Positions 30,324 to 39,094 of a stretch of DNA of 64,000 bases are shown here, piece by piece. The notes beneath the pieces are model-generated. The model was not told the DNA's origin. It saw only the letters and a program-made list of their open reading frames with translations, and ran no database searches. The translations under genes were made by a program, and so were the position numbers. Each line of letters opens with the position of its first letter. The first letter of the stretch is position 1. Location: assembly GCA_050951765.1 (NCBI GenBank), contig JBMNJR010000015.1, positions 159,591 through 223,590 of the forward strand, given 5' to 3'. The DNA is from a bacterium. Its GTDB lineage: Bacteria > Bacillota > DTU030 > JBMNJR01.

Positions 30324-31163
30324 ATGTTTTTGAAGATATATATTTCGGCGGATATGGAAGGGATAACCGGAGTTACCGGTACGGCGGAAGTAACGGAAGG
30401 GAAGGGCTATTATCGGCGGTTTTGTTCATTGATGACTGCGGACATTAATGCCGCTGTAAGGGGTGCTTTTGCCGCCGGCGCTACTGAGGTATTAGTTAAT
30501 GATGCCCATTGGGGGATGAGAAATATAATTATCGAAGAGTTGGATCCTCGGGCTCAATTATTATCCGGCTCCCATAATAAACCGATGATGCAGGGGTTGG
30601 ACGCGTCTTTCGCAGCGGTTTTTTTCATCGGTTATCATGCCATGGCTGGCACAGAAGGGGCTGTAATCAACCATACTCTTTTGGGGCGGGAAATTACCGG
30701 TGTGTGGATAAACGGTAGGAAAGTGGGTGAGTTGGGGCTTAATGCTGCTTTTGCCGGTCATTACCAGGTTCCCGTTGTTATGGTAACCGGTGATGACAAA
30801 GTCGCTCAAGAGGCAAAAGCATTCTTAGGCCGGGTGGAGACGGTTATTGTCAAAGAAGGGATAGAACGGTGGGCGGCTAAATGCTATAGCCCTCAGCTAA
30901 CCGCCCAATGGATTGAAGCAAAGGCTTATCGGTCATTGCAAAATATAAAACTTTATCACCCATGTAGTGTTATGTGCCCGGTGGAGCTTACAATAGAGTT
31001 CTTGTCTACCAGTGCAGCGGAAATTGCAACATTGATGCCGGGTGTGGTGAAAAAAACACCGCGGAAGGTGAGTATAACTGGGCGACATATGTTAGAAACT
31101 TATAATATATTGCGGGCAATAATGATATTGAGCGCTTCTGCCAGTGACCAATGGTATGGTTAG
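30324..31163 (+). CDS. M55-family D-aminopeptidase (DppA-like)
   Basis: MFLKIYISADMEGITGV...NDAHWGMRN signature of peptidase family M55. Confidence 0.75.
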   Translation: MFLKIYISADMEGITGVTGTAEVTEGKGYYRRFCSLMTADINAAVRGAFAAGATEVLVNDAHWGMRNIIIEELDPRAQLLSGSHNKPMMQGLDASFAAVFFIGYHAMAGTEGAVINHTLLGREITGVWINGRKVGELGLNAAFAGHYQVPVVMVTGDDKVAQEAKAFLGRVETVIVKEGIERWAAKCYSPQLTAQWIEAKAYRSLQNIKLYHPCSVMCPVELTIEFLSTSAAEIATLMPGVVKKTPRKVSITGRHMLETYNILRAIMILSASASDQWYG

Positions 31164-31342
31164 GCATATAAAAAGATGAAAAAATTATGTGTTAATTTCC
31201 TGGAATATTGTCAATTTTGTCTATTTATGAAGAAGGAATTAGTAGGTTCATGCTGAATTTATTTTATTATCACACTGCGATGAAGGGGGTGAATATTCAC
31301 ATTTAATCGGAATAGGCGAGAAAATTATAAGGGGGGAAAATT

Positions 31343-32386
31343 GTGTTAAACAGGTACAGAAAAACATTTGTCTTGGCTTTGGTGTTTGTGTTGGCAATGG
31401 TGACTTTGGTGGGTTGTTCCGGTGGTTCCTCTGAGCCTAGCGGCGGAGAAGGGGAGGAAAAACCGCAAGAGTGGAGAATTAATATTGCCACCGCTACCAC
31501 TGGCGGTGCTTATTATCCAATCGGTAATGCTTTAGCTCAGATCTGGAGCAAAAATGTTCCCGGCGTCCGGGCTGCTGCCCAAGCTACCGCAGGAACGCCT
31601 CAGAATATTGAACTGATGCAAAATGGAGAAGCGGATGTTGCCATTGGTCAAAATGGTATTGCGTATTATGCCTATAATGGCACTGGCACCTATGAAGGAA
31701 AAGCGGTACCTATGATTCGCGGTATGTTGGCTCTCTACCCCAATGTTATGCACATGATAGTCCGGACAGACGCAGGGTTATCTTCAACTGCTGATTTAAA
31801 AGGCAAAAGGTTCGTCCCCGGCCAAGTAGCCAGCGCCACTGAAATTAACAGCCGAGAAATTTTGCAGGTCTACGGCCTGAATTATATGTCTGATCAAGGT
31901 GAAGTGAATGTGAATGCAGACTTTGTTGGTTACAACGAAGCGGTGGACCTGATGAAGGATGGGCACGTGGATGCCACCATGATCGCTGGCGGTGTTCCCA
32001 CTGCTGCGGTAATGGACGTTTTATCCACCGGCGTTGGCACCCTCATTTCCTTAGAAGAAGATAAGATCCAGGCAATCTGTGATAAATTCCCCTGGTATTT
32101 CCCCATTACCGTGCCTGCCGGGTCTTATCCTAACCAGGATGAGGACATTCATACAGTTGCCGTCTCCAATATGCTGATCGTGCCTGAGGATATGGATGAA
32201 GATCTGGTCTACAATCTGACTAAGGCAGTCTATGACTACCACGATGATCTTGTAGCTGGCCACCAGGCTACCAAGGACACTACTCTGGAACAGTCCATGG
32301 ACGGTATGATCATCCCGCTGCATCCAGGGGCGATCAAGTATTTTGAGGAGCATGGCGTTGATATGAGTGGTGTACCTAAAGCTTAA
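31343..32386 (+). CDS. TRAP transporter solute receptor, TAXI family (lipoprotein)
   Basis: signal peptide with lipobox LVGCSG; TAXI-type periplasmic binding fold (ATATTGGAYYPIGNALAQIW). Confidence 0.8.
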   Translation: MLNRYRKTFVLALVFVLAMVTLVGCSGGSSEPSGGEGEEKPQEWRINIATATTGGAYYPIGNALAQIWSKNVPGVRAAAQATAGTPQNIELMQNGEADVAIGQNGIAYYAYNGTGTYEGKAVPMIRGMLALYPNVMHMIVRTDAGLSSTADLKGKRFVPGQVASATEINSREILQVYGLNYMSDQGEVNVNADFVGYNEAVDLMKDGHVDATMIAGGVPTAAVMDVLSTGVGTLISLEEDKIQAICDKFPWYFPITVPAGSYPNQDEDIHTVAVSNMLIVPEDMDEDLVYNLTKAVYDYHDDLVAGHQATKDTTLEQSMDGMIIPLHPGAIKYFEEHGVDMSGVPKA

Positions 32387-32484
32387 GGCACTTCCAATTA
32401 CTTCTAGGACTTCTGAAGAAGGAAGCGGGGGTTGCCCCCTTCCTTCTTGCTTTAATAGTCCGGGGAACTGTAGGAGGTTAATTT

Positions 32485-34446
32485 ATGAAAAATACTAAGA
32501 ACCTAGATTCATTACAAGTACAGGCAGTTCCCGCTACCAAAGTAGCGGAAGAAATGTTGGAGAAGTTTGATACTGAGTCCCGCTTTCGCAAATATACCGG
32601 TTTTTGGGCTAAAGCAGTAGCCGTTATTGCTATTTCCATGTCTTTATTTCACTTTTATACAGCCGGTTTTGGCACGCTGATGGCCATGAAGCAACGCAGC
32701 ATTCACCTCACTTTTCTACTGAGTTTGGCCTTTATTTTGTATCCTGCCACAAGGAAGTCTCCGAAAAACAGACCTTCATATTGGGATCTCTTATGGGCGG
32801 TCATTGGTGTCATTTCAAGCATGTACTTGTTTTTCTTTTTTGATGCCTTTAGCATCAGGGGTACTGCAATTTCCAGAGATATTTTCTTTGGTGTCCTAAC
32901 CATAGTTGCGGTATTGGAAGCAGCGCGCCGTACTGTTGGGAAGGAACTTCCAATCCTGGCTTTAATCTTTTGGCTTTATGGACTCTTCGGTGACATGCTA
33001 CCTGGTGTTCTTGGGCATACCGGATTTTCATTTAGACGTATTGTCTACCATCTGTATCTTTCCTCAGAGGGAATTTTCGGCATAGCGCTGGGCGTGTCAG
33101 CCACCTATATCTTCCTTTTCATTCTCTTCGGTGCTTTCCTGGGTGAGACTGGGATGGCAGACTTTATTAACAGGTTCTCTATGGCTGTAGCCGGCCGTTC
33201 ACCGGGCGGGCCGGGGAAAGTGGCCATTGTTGCCAGTGGTTTACTCGGTACAATTAACGGCAGTGCAGTAGCTAACGTTGCTACCACAGGAGCCTTTACC
33301 ATCCCGCTGATGAAGAGTGTAGGCTATCGCCCCACCTTTGCAGGTGCCGTGGAGGCTGTAGCTTCTACTGGCGGCCAGATAATGCCTCCGGTTATGGGTG
33401 CTGCTGCCTTTGTTATGGCTGAGTTTCTGGGCATGAAATACAGTGAAATCATGATTGCCGCAGTTTTACCAGCCATGCTTTACTATATCTCCGTGTTTTT
33501 GGTTGTGCACCTAGAGGCTCTTAAGACCGGTTTGGTGGGCTTGCCTAAGGAACAGCTTCCGGAAATGAAAACATTGTTACGGGAACGAGGCCACTTGGTT
33601 ATACCTTTGATTGTTATTGTATATTTACTACTATCAGGTAGAACTCCTCTCAATGCTGCATTCTATGGCATTATTTCCGCTATAGCAGCCAGTTGGCTGC
33701 GGAAGGACACCCGTCTTACTTTCACCGGTTTGCTGAAAGCTTTGGAGGGCGGAGCCCGTAGTGCAGTGAGTACCGGTATTGCCTGTGCTGTGGTGGGAAA
33801 TATTGTGGGTATCACCAGCCTAACCGGGCTTGGCCTTGTGATAGGTGATAATATTATCTCTTTGGCAGGCGGCAATATCTTTATGACGTACTTCCTCGCC
33901 ATGGTCGTGAGCATTATTTTAGGTATGGGATTACCGACTACTGCCTGCTACATTGTGGCTGCCACCATAGCCGGTCCGGCTCTAATTAAGCTCGGTGTTG
34001 CTCCTCTCTCAGCCCATATGTTCGTCTTCTACTTTGCCTGCCTTTCCAACCTTACCCCACCAGTGGCTCTTGCGGCCTATACCGGTGCAGGCATTGCCGG
34101 AGCAAATCCTTCGCAAGTGGGTTGGACGGCCTTCCGGATGGCTTTGGCTGGATTTATTATCCCGTTCATCTTCGTTTACAATCCGCAGCTACTCCTGATG
34201 GGTGGTAGCACATTGGAGATCTTGCAGGCTTGCATTACTAGCATTATTGGCGTTGTGGGTCTGGCAGGTTTTGTGCAAGCTTACTTTATGGGAGATCTCA
34301 ACTCAATCCAGCGTGGGATCCTTTTCGTCGGTGCTTTGACATTGATGGTCCCTGGTTTGCTTAGCGATGTAATTGGTTTAGCCTCACTGGCAATTATTTT
34401 CTTTTGGCAAAAAGCAGCTACCGGTCATCGGAGCGTTAACGCATAA
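32485..34446 (+). CDS. TRAP transporter fused 4TM/12TM permease
   Basis: 653 aa polytopic membrane protein with the TRAP DctQM-fused permease architecture; follows the TAXI receptor. Confidence 0.85.
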   Translation: MKNTKNLDSLQVQAVPATKVAEEMLEKFDTESRFRKYTGFWAKAVAVIAISMSLFHFYTAGFGTLMAMKQRSIHLTFLLSLAFILYPATRKSPKNRPSYWDLLWAVIGVISSMYLFFFFDAFSIRGTAISRDIFFGVLTIVAVLEAARRTVGKELPILALIFWLYGLFGDMLPGVLGHTGFSFRRIVYHLYLSSEGIFGIALGVSATYIFLFILFGAFLGETGMADFINRFSMAVAGRSPGGPGKVAIVASGLLGTINGSAVANVATTGAFTIPLMKSVGYRPTFAGAVEAVASTGGQIMPPVMGAAAFVMAEFLGMKYSEIMIAAVLPAMLYYISVFLVVHLEALKTGLVGLPKEQLPEMKTLLRERGHLVIPLIVIVYLLLSGRTPLNAAFYGIISAIAASWLRKDTRLTFTGLLKALEGGARSAVSTGIACAVVGNIVGITSLTGLGLVIGDNIISLAGGNIFMTYFLAMVVSIILGMGLPTTACYIVAATIAGPALIKLGVAPLSAHMFVFYFACLSNLTPPVALAAYTGAGIAGANPSQVGWTAFRMALAGFIIPFIFVYNPQLLLMGGSTLEILQACITSIIGVVGLAGFVQAYFMGDLNSIQRGILFVGALTLMVPGLLSDVIGLASLAIIFFWQKAATGHRSVNA

Positions 34447-34487
34447 AGTAAAGTTACAGCAGGCGTAAGGATAGTATAAAAACAAAT

Positions 34488-34522
34488 TCTTAAAAGCCGC
34501 CGGTGATTGGGCGGCTTTTATA
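34488..34522 (+). terminator. rho-independent terminator after the TRAP permease
   Basis: AAGCCGCC-GGTGATTG-GGCGGCTT hairpin followed by TTATATT. Confidence 0.55.
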
Positions 34523-34669
34523 TTGTTGAACTCATACGTGCCTGTTGTCTATATTATTAATGGTTTCAACAATGAAGGGAGAGGTACAACTAACATACAT
34601 AATGTCTTAAATGCGCTTTTTTGTTTCTGATAATGTTTGCGGCCTGGGAAGTTTTGAGGAAGAATATTA

Positions 34670-35155
34670 TTATCTTCTGAGGGCGAAGGATTGGCCATCA
34701 AGTGCGCGGGATACAGCTAAGATGCCGTTCAGGTGATCATATTCGTGCTGCAGCAATTCTGCCAAATCGCCTTCCAATGGGAGCGAGTTTTTTTGCCATG
34801 TAAGATCTCGATAAGTTATCGTACATTTTTTGTGTCGGAGCACTTTAACATATAAATTGGGAAAGCTCATGCAGTCGTCCCAGATCTCCATCATTTCATC
34901 ACTTTTATCCGTCAATTGGGGGTTAATAAAGATAACAGGTGGTTCATTTATGTACAAATAAATTAATCTTTTAGGAACACCAATTTGTGGAGCTGCAATA
35001 GCTCTTCCGGCACCGAACTTTTTGCGGAAGTCCAGCAGCGTATCGTGTAAATCCCGGATAACTTCCTGTATCCATGGCAGTTCTGCTTGTTTAACCTGAA
35101 GCGCATGTTCATATAACCTAGAATCACCAAGGAGCAGAATATCTTTGACCGCCAT
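34670..35155 (-). CDS. def: peptide deformylase-like protein (divergent Def paralogue)
   Basis: motif 1 GAGRAIAAPQIG and motif 3 QHEYDHLNG are canonical; motif 2 (normally EGCLS) reads DDCMSFP. Confidence 0.7.
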   Translation of the reverse strand: MAVKDILLLGDSRLYEHALQVKQAELPWIQEVIRDLHDTLLDFRKKFGAGRAIAAPQIGVPKRLIYLYINEPPVIFINPQLTDKSDEMMEIWDDCMSFPNLYVKVLRHKKCTITYRDLTWQKNSLPLEGDLAELLQHEYDHLNGILAVSRALDGQSFALRR

Positions 35156-35368
35156 TTTATTTCTCCTTTCCTCAAGACTTATATTTTTCCTATGGATAAG
35201 AATAGCATATTATTTAGAAAAATCCTGCTAAAGGCAGCAGCAATTTCCGGCATAACATCTAATCTTTTTTTTGAAAATACGCAAAAGCGGTCGGCATTAT
35301 TTCAGCAGGAACCAAAATGTTTTTACGAGAACAATATATTAAGGATAATTTTGAAAGGGGTAAGTAGT

Positions 35369-35890
35369 ATGGGTAAACAACGCCGTCAGGAGATACTTCG
35401 TTTGCTTACAGAAGGGCGGGAACCTATTACCGGCACCCAGCTGGCTAAATATTTTGCCGTAAGTAGGCAGGTTATTGTGCAAGATATTGCTATTCTGAGG
35501 GCACAAGGGGCGGACATTTTTGCCACATCCCAAGGGTATCTATTTGGGCAGCCCCATAGAGTAACAACTATTACCAAGCGTTTGGCTTGCTGCCATAGCC
35601 CTGCCCAGACCCGTGCCGAATTGATGGCAATTGTTACTGCGGGCTGTCGTGTGATCGATGTCATAGTTGATCATTCTTTGTATGGTGAAATTCGCGGCCT
35701 ATTACTTTTAGAAACTAAAGCAGATGTAGAAAGTTTTATCCGGCGTTATGAAAAGCAAACAGCGCAATTACTTTCCACATTAACCGGAGGAGTGCATCTG
35801 CATACAATTGAGGCTGTTGATCCTGGTGCTTTCGTTGAAACAGAGTCGAAATTGCAGGATTTAGGTTTTCTATTAGTGGAAGGGGATTGA
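35369..35890 (+). CDS. niaR: transcription repressor NiaR (HTH + 3H domain)
   Basis: MGKQRRQEILRLLTEGREPITGTQLAKYFAVSRQVIVQDI HTH followed by a 3H nicotinate-sensing domain (multiple conserved His: HSPAQ, VDH, HLH). Confidence 0.75.
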   Translation: MGKQRRQEILRLLTEGREPITGTQLAKYFAVSRQVIVQDIAILRAQGADIFATSQGYLFGQPHRVTTITKRLACCHSPAQTRAELMAIVTAGCRVIDVIVDHSLYGEIRGLLLLETKADVESFIRRYEKQTAQLLSTLTGGVHLHTIEAVDPGAFVETESKLQDLGFLLVEGD

Positions 35891-35963
35891 CTTTACAGTT
35901 GACAAGACACTTATCAAATCCATACAATATAGAGAAGAGATAAATGGAAAGATAGGTGAAAAA

Positions 35964-36449
35964 ATGCGAACTAGAGAGCTTGTTTATGGAGCCCTGCTTA
36001 CGGCTTTTTCCTTGGTAATCCCCTTAGCTTTCGGCGGTTATCTCCGGGTCATTATTCCTCCGTTTACCGCTACTTTGGCCTCACATGTTCCGGTTATGCT
36101 GTCAATGCTTTTTAGTCCTTTGGTGGCTTTTTTAGTAGGTGTAGGTTCTACCATCGGGTTTTTAATCGTCGCCGGGCCGGTAGTTGCCGCCCGGGCAGCA
36201 GTGCATATCATAATTGGGGTATTAGGTGCCTTATTAATCAGACAAGGCCGCCCGTACCGTTTTGCTCTTTTGGTTACTGCTCCTGTCCATGCTTTGGGAG
36301 AAGCTTTTATAGTACTACCCTTTGGTTTTGACCTCTTTCATGGGTTATATGTGGTGGGGGTGGGAACCCTCTTACACCACGGGATTGACGCCCTAATCGC
36401 TCTCCTTTTGGTAGGTACATTGCACTTATCTTTAGGTTTAGGCAGGTAG
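35964..36449 (+). CDS. small integral membrane protein, ECF-transporter S-component-like (possible NiaX niacin transporter)
   Basis: 161 aa with 5-6 TM helices immediately downstream of niaR; the niaR-niaX arrangement is known from comparative genomics, but the family was not verified by alignment. Confidence 0.45.
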   Translation: MRTRELVYGALLTAFSLVIPLAFGGYLRVIIPPFTATLASHVPVMLSMLFSPLVAFLVGVGSTIGFLIVAGPVVAARAAVHIIIGVLGALLIRQGRPYRFALLVTAPVHALGEAFIVLPFGFDLFHGLYVVGVGTLLHHGIDALIALLLVGTLHLSLGLGR

Positions 36450-36684
36450 ATAATTTTTAGTTGGAACCCATGCCAATACTCGGCAGAAATCAGCCTTGTT
36501 GCAGGGAAACTCGGTCGTTTATGATCGGGTTTTTTTGGTATGGAGCTAATAGGTCTCTGCAGCGGGAAAATCCATTTGACGCAACCTAGTAGTTATAATA
36601 TAGTATATAATAGAATATACCCCTAAGGGTATAAAAGGAGGGGCGCTTCATGAACCAAAGAAAGCCCATTATAAGCTGGCAATT

Positions 36685-36912
36685 GTGGGTGATTGTAAAG
36701 GATGCGGTCTTTGTAACCGGGCTTGTCCGCTAACTGGAATTCCTGCACAGACGATTAGCGAAAAGAGGGTAAATCCCGGACAGCCGGCGGTTTTTTCCAG
36801 TCGCTGTATTCGCTGCCTACGGTGCGCAGAGGCTTGTCCCCAAAAGGCAATTGATTTGGTAGGGCAAATTAATGGAGCCAGGCTTAGTAAGCATGAGGTA
36901 GCAGCAGGTTAA
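36685..36912 (+). CDS. 2[4Fe-4S] ferredoxin (start uncertain, possibly frameshifted at the 5' end)
   Basis: two CxxCxxCxxxCP motifs (CKGCGLCNRACP, CIRCLRCAEACP); the only in-frame start is a GTG without an RBS, whereas a strong RBS+ATG at 36650 is in another frame. Confidence 0.55.
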   Translation: MGDCKGCGLCNRACPLTGIPAQTISEKRVNPGQPAVFSSRCIRCLRCAEACPQKAIDLVGQINGARLSKHEVAAG

Positions 36913-36917
36913 TCAAT

Positions 36918-36952
36918 ATTAGTGTCCGACCTTGGTGGGGTCGGACCTTTTG
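36918..36952 (+). terminator. rho-independent terminator
   Basis: GTCCGACC-TTGGTGG-GGTCGGAC hairpin followed by CTTTTGG. Confidence 0.6.
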
Positions 36953-37023
36953 GCTTTGGGCAGGTTAATGGTGGAGAAGTGGAGAATAATGAGGAGAAAG
37001 AGTGGAAATAGGGGTGGACACAA

Positions 37024-37290
37024 TTGGCTCATTATGTTTATTGCTTGCGTTGTCGCGATGGCAGCATATATACCGGTTATACAATTAATATTGAACGGCG
37101 GTTGGCGCAACATCAGGCAGGTAAGGCCGCTAAATACACCAGGGGCCGTCGTCCGGTGGAATTGCTTGGTTATCTGGCATTTGACTCCCAAAACGAAGCA
37201 TTGGCTTGGGAGGCGCGGCTGAAAAAATTGGCACCAAAAGCTAAATTAAAGTTAATTGAAAAACATGGGCTATCCGGAGAGGACAGCTAA
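37024..37290 (+). CDS. GIY-YIG nuclease-family protein (UPF0213-like)
   Basis: HYVYCLRCRDGSIYTGYT...RRLAQHQ GIY-YIG core; TTG start; 3' end overlaps the convergent porD stop. Confidence 0.7.
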   Translation: MAHYVYCLRCRDGSIYTGYTINIERRLAQHQAGKAAKYTRGRRPVELLGYLAFDSQNEALAWEARLKKLAPKAKLKLIEKHGLSGEDS

Positions 37291-37616
37291 TTTTCCTTAT
37301 TTTGCCTATCTTTTTCGCCTTCCTTTTGCTCCTGAACTGCAATTTTGTTCTGATAACTTTCTACGCCAATGGCTGCGTCGGGACAAATTCGTTCACATTG
37401 ATGGCAGAGAATGCAGCCTGCGGCGTCCACTTCTACAGAAGGAGTGCCGTAAACGCAGAGTCGATCCGACCAACCGATAACGTTTACCGGGCATACCTCA
37501 ATACAGAGGCCACAGCCTTTACACAGTCCGGGATATACTGTCCAACTACCGCCCTTTGGTACTTGGGAACGGAATCCGGCAAAGGTTTTTGTGTCTTGAG
37601 CCATGTTGTGTCCCAT
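37287..37616 (-). CDS. 2-oxoacid:ferredoxin oxidoreductase delta subunit (2[4Fe-4S] ferredoxin)
   Basis: two Cys clusters (CKGCGLCIEVCP, CILCHQCERICP); AAGGAGGG RBS; ATG overlaps the gamma-subunit TGA (ATGA coupling). Confidence 0.8.
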   Translation of the reverse strand: MGHNMAQDTKTFAGFRSQVPKGGSWTVYPGLCKGCGLCIEVCPVNVIGWSDRLCVYGTPSVEVDAAGCILCHQCERICPDAAIGVESYQNKIAVQEQKEGEKDRQNKEN

Positions 37617-38296
37617 CAGGCGCGCCCTCCTTTCACAGTGGCAGTATGTTTACGGTAGAGCTCTTGACCGGTGGTAAAGGCTTTTTCATTTAATTCCGCC
37701 AGCTCCGGTTTGGCGGCGAATTTATCCTTAAATTTAGCCTCCATTGCCTTTTTGACTATTTCCGGCTCCAGCACTTGGCTGGCAGCAATAATAGCTCCCA
37801 AGATAATCACATTAAAAACCCGGGGGGTTAATTGATCCTTGGCAACTTGAGCTGCCGGGATACCTATTACCTTTGGAACCTTAGGCGGCGTAATAGGTTT
37901 TCCCGGTTGGGTGCCCACCTGGTTGGCAAAAGCCTCCGGAGCTACTGTATCCCAACTTTGGATGCCGATGCTTAGATCTCCTATCTCCGGCGGTTTAATG
38001 GCGGAGCTGTCGTAAATGAAAAGAGTAGCAGGAGTAAGGTATATTTTAGTTCGCTCTACAGCCCGTTGACTCAAGGCGACAATAATATCTGCTTGTTTAA
38101 ATTTAGGAGAACCGATCTGAGCATTACTAATTTGGACAAAGGCGATGGAAACGCCTCCCCGCTGTTCAACTCCGAAATTGGGAATATAGATAGCCTCTTT
38201 GCCGGCAAGGTAAGCGGCTTCTGCCAGGATTTCACCAACCGCTTGCACCCCTTGCCCTCCTTCACCGGCTAAAGCAATTTTAGTTATTTCTTTCAT
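37616..38296 (-). CDS. 2-oxoacid:ferredoxin oxidoreductase gamma subunit
   Basis: KIALAGEGGQGVQAVGEILAEAA...PNFGVEQRGG signature of POR/KOR gamma subunits. Confidence 0.85.
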   Translation of the reverse strand: MKEITKIALAGEGGQGVQAVGEILAEAAYLAGKEAIYIPNFGVEQRGGVSIAFVQISNAQIGSPKFKQADIIVALSQRAVERTKIYLTPATLFIYDSSAIKPPEIGDLSIGIQSWDTVAPEAFANQVGTQPGKPITPPKVPKVIGIPAAQVAKDQLTPRVFNVIILGAIIAASQVLEPEIVKKAMEAKFKDKFAAKPELAELNEKAFTTGQELYRKHTATVKGGRA

Positions 38297-39079
38297 TTAA
38301 TGACCCTCCTTTTCCCCAACAGGCACTTTTATCTCTCCCACAGGAAAGACTTTGGCCATTTTTTCCTTGATATAGTCAAGGGTTTCTTGGGCATTTGTTC
38401 TCCAGTTGGTGGGACAAGAAGATAGAACTTCAAGAAAAGACAGCCCCCGTCCTTCCAATTGATTGTTTAAGGCGCGACGCATAAAATTTTTTAACTGGGG
38501 ATAATTGAGTATGGTTCCTCTTGCTATATAGGCATTAGCGCTGGAAGTGGCAGCTACCATTTCCGGACCTAAAATTGGGGAACCGGTAAGATTTATATCG
38601 CGGCCGTAAGGTGATGTTTCCGTAGTTTGTTCAGGTAAGGTGGTTGGAGCCATTTGACCGCCGGTCATAGCATAGACAGTATTGTTGCAAAGTATGGTAG
38701 TGATTTTTTCATTGCGAATTGCCGAACTGACCAAGTGTTGTAGGCCAATGGCATAGCCACCGCCATCTCCCATATAAGCAATACAGATGGCTTCCGGTGT
38801 TGCTCGTTTTACTCCGGTGATTACCGGAATAGTACGGCCGTGGTGGGTTTGAATGCTGTCAGCATTGAAAAAATCCCAACTAAGGAGAGAACAGCCGATA
38901 TCACAACCGTAAACAACACGGTCGAGGATGTTCAACTCGTCGATGACCTCTCCCAGTGCTTTTAGAATTATGGGATGGCCGCAACCGGGGCAAAATTTGT
39001 GGGGTTTAGTATCCCGCCGCCAAGTATATGGCATGTTTTCCACATGGGTCATAATCCTTTCTGGCTCAAGTTTTGTCAT
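38297..39079 (-). CDS. 2-oxoacid:ferredoxin oxidoreductase beta subunit (TPP-binding)
   Basis: N-terminal FCPGCGH motif and TPP-binding GDGG...N region typical of OFOR beta subunits. Confidence 0.9.
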   Translation of the reverse strand: MTKLEPERIMTHVENMPYTWRRDTKPHKFCPGCGHPIILKALGEVIDELNILDRVVYGCDIGCSLLSWDFFNADSIQTHHGRTIPVITGVKRATPEAICIAYMGDGGGYAIGLQHLVSSAIRNEKITTILCNNTVYAMTGGQMAPTTLPEQTTETSPYGRDINLTGSPILGPEMVAATSSANAYIARGTILNYPQLKNFMRRALNNQLEGRGLSFLEVLSSCPTNWRTNAQETLDYIKEKMAKVFPVGEIKVPVGEKEGH

Positions 39080-39094
39080 CAGGTTTCACTCCTT

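Noticed and set aside
36460-36545. Terminator after the niaX-like gene (…CTCGGTCGTTTATGATCGGGTTTTTTT)
   Set aside because: A T-run is present, but I could not find a convincing stem by eye, so it is not listed as a feature.
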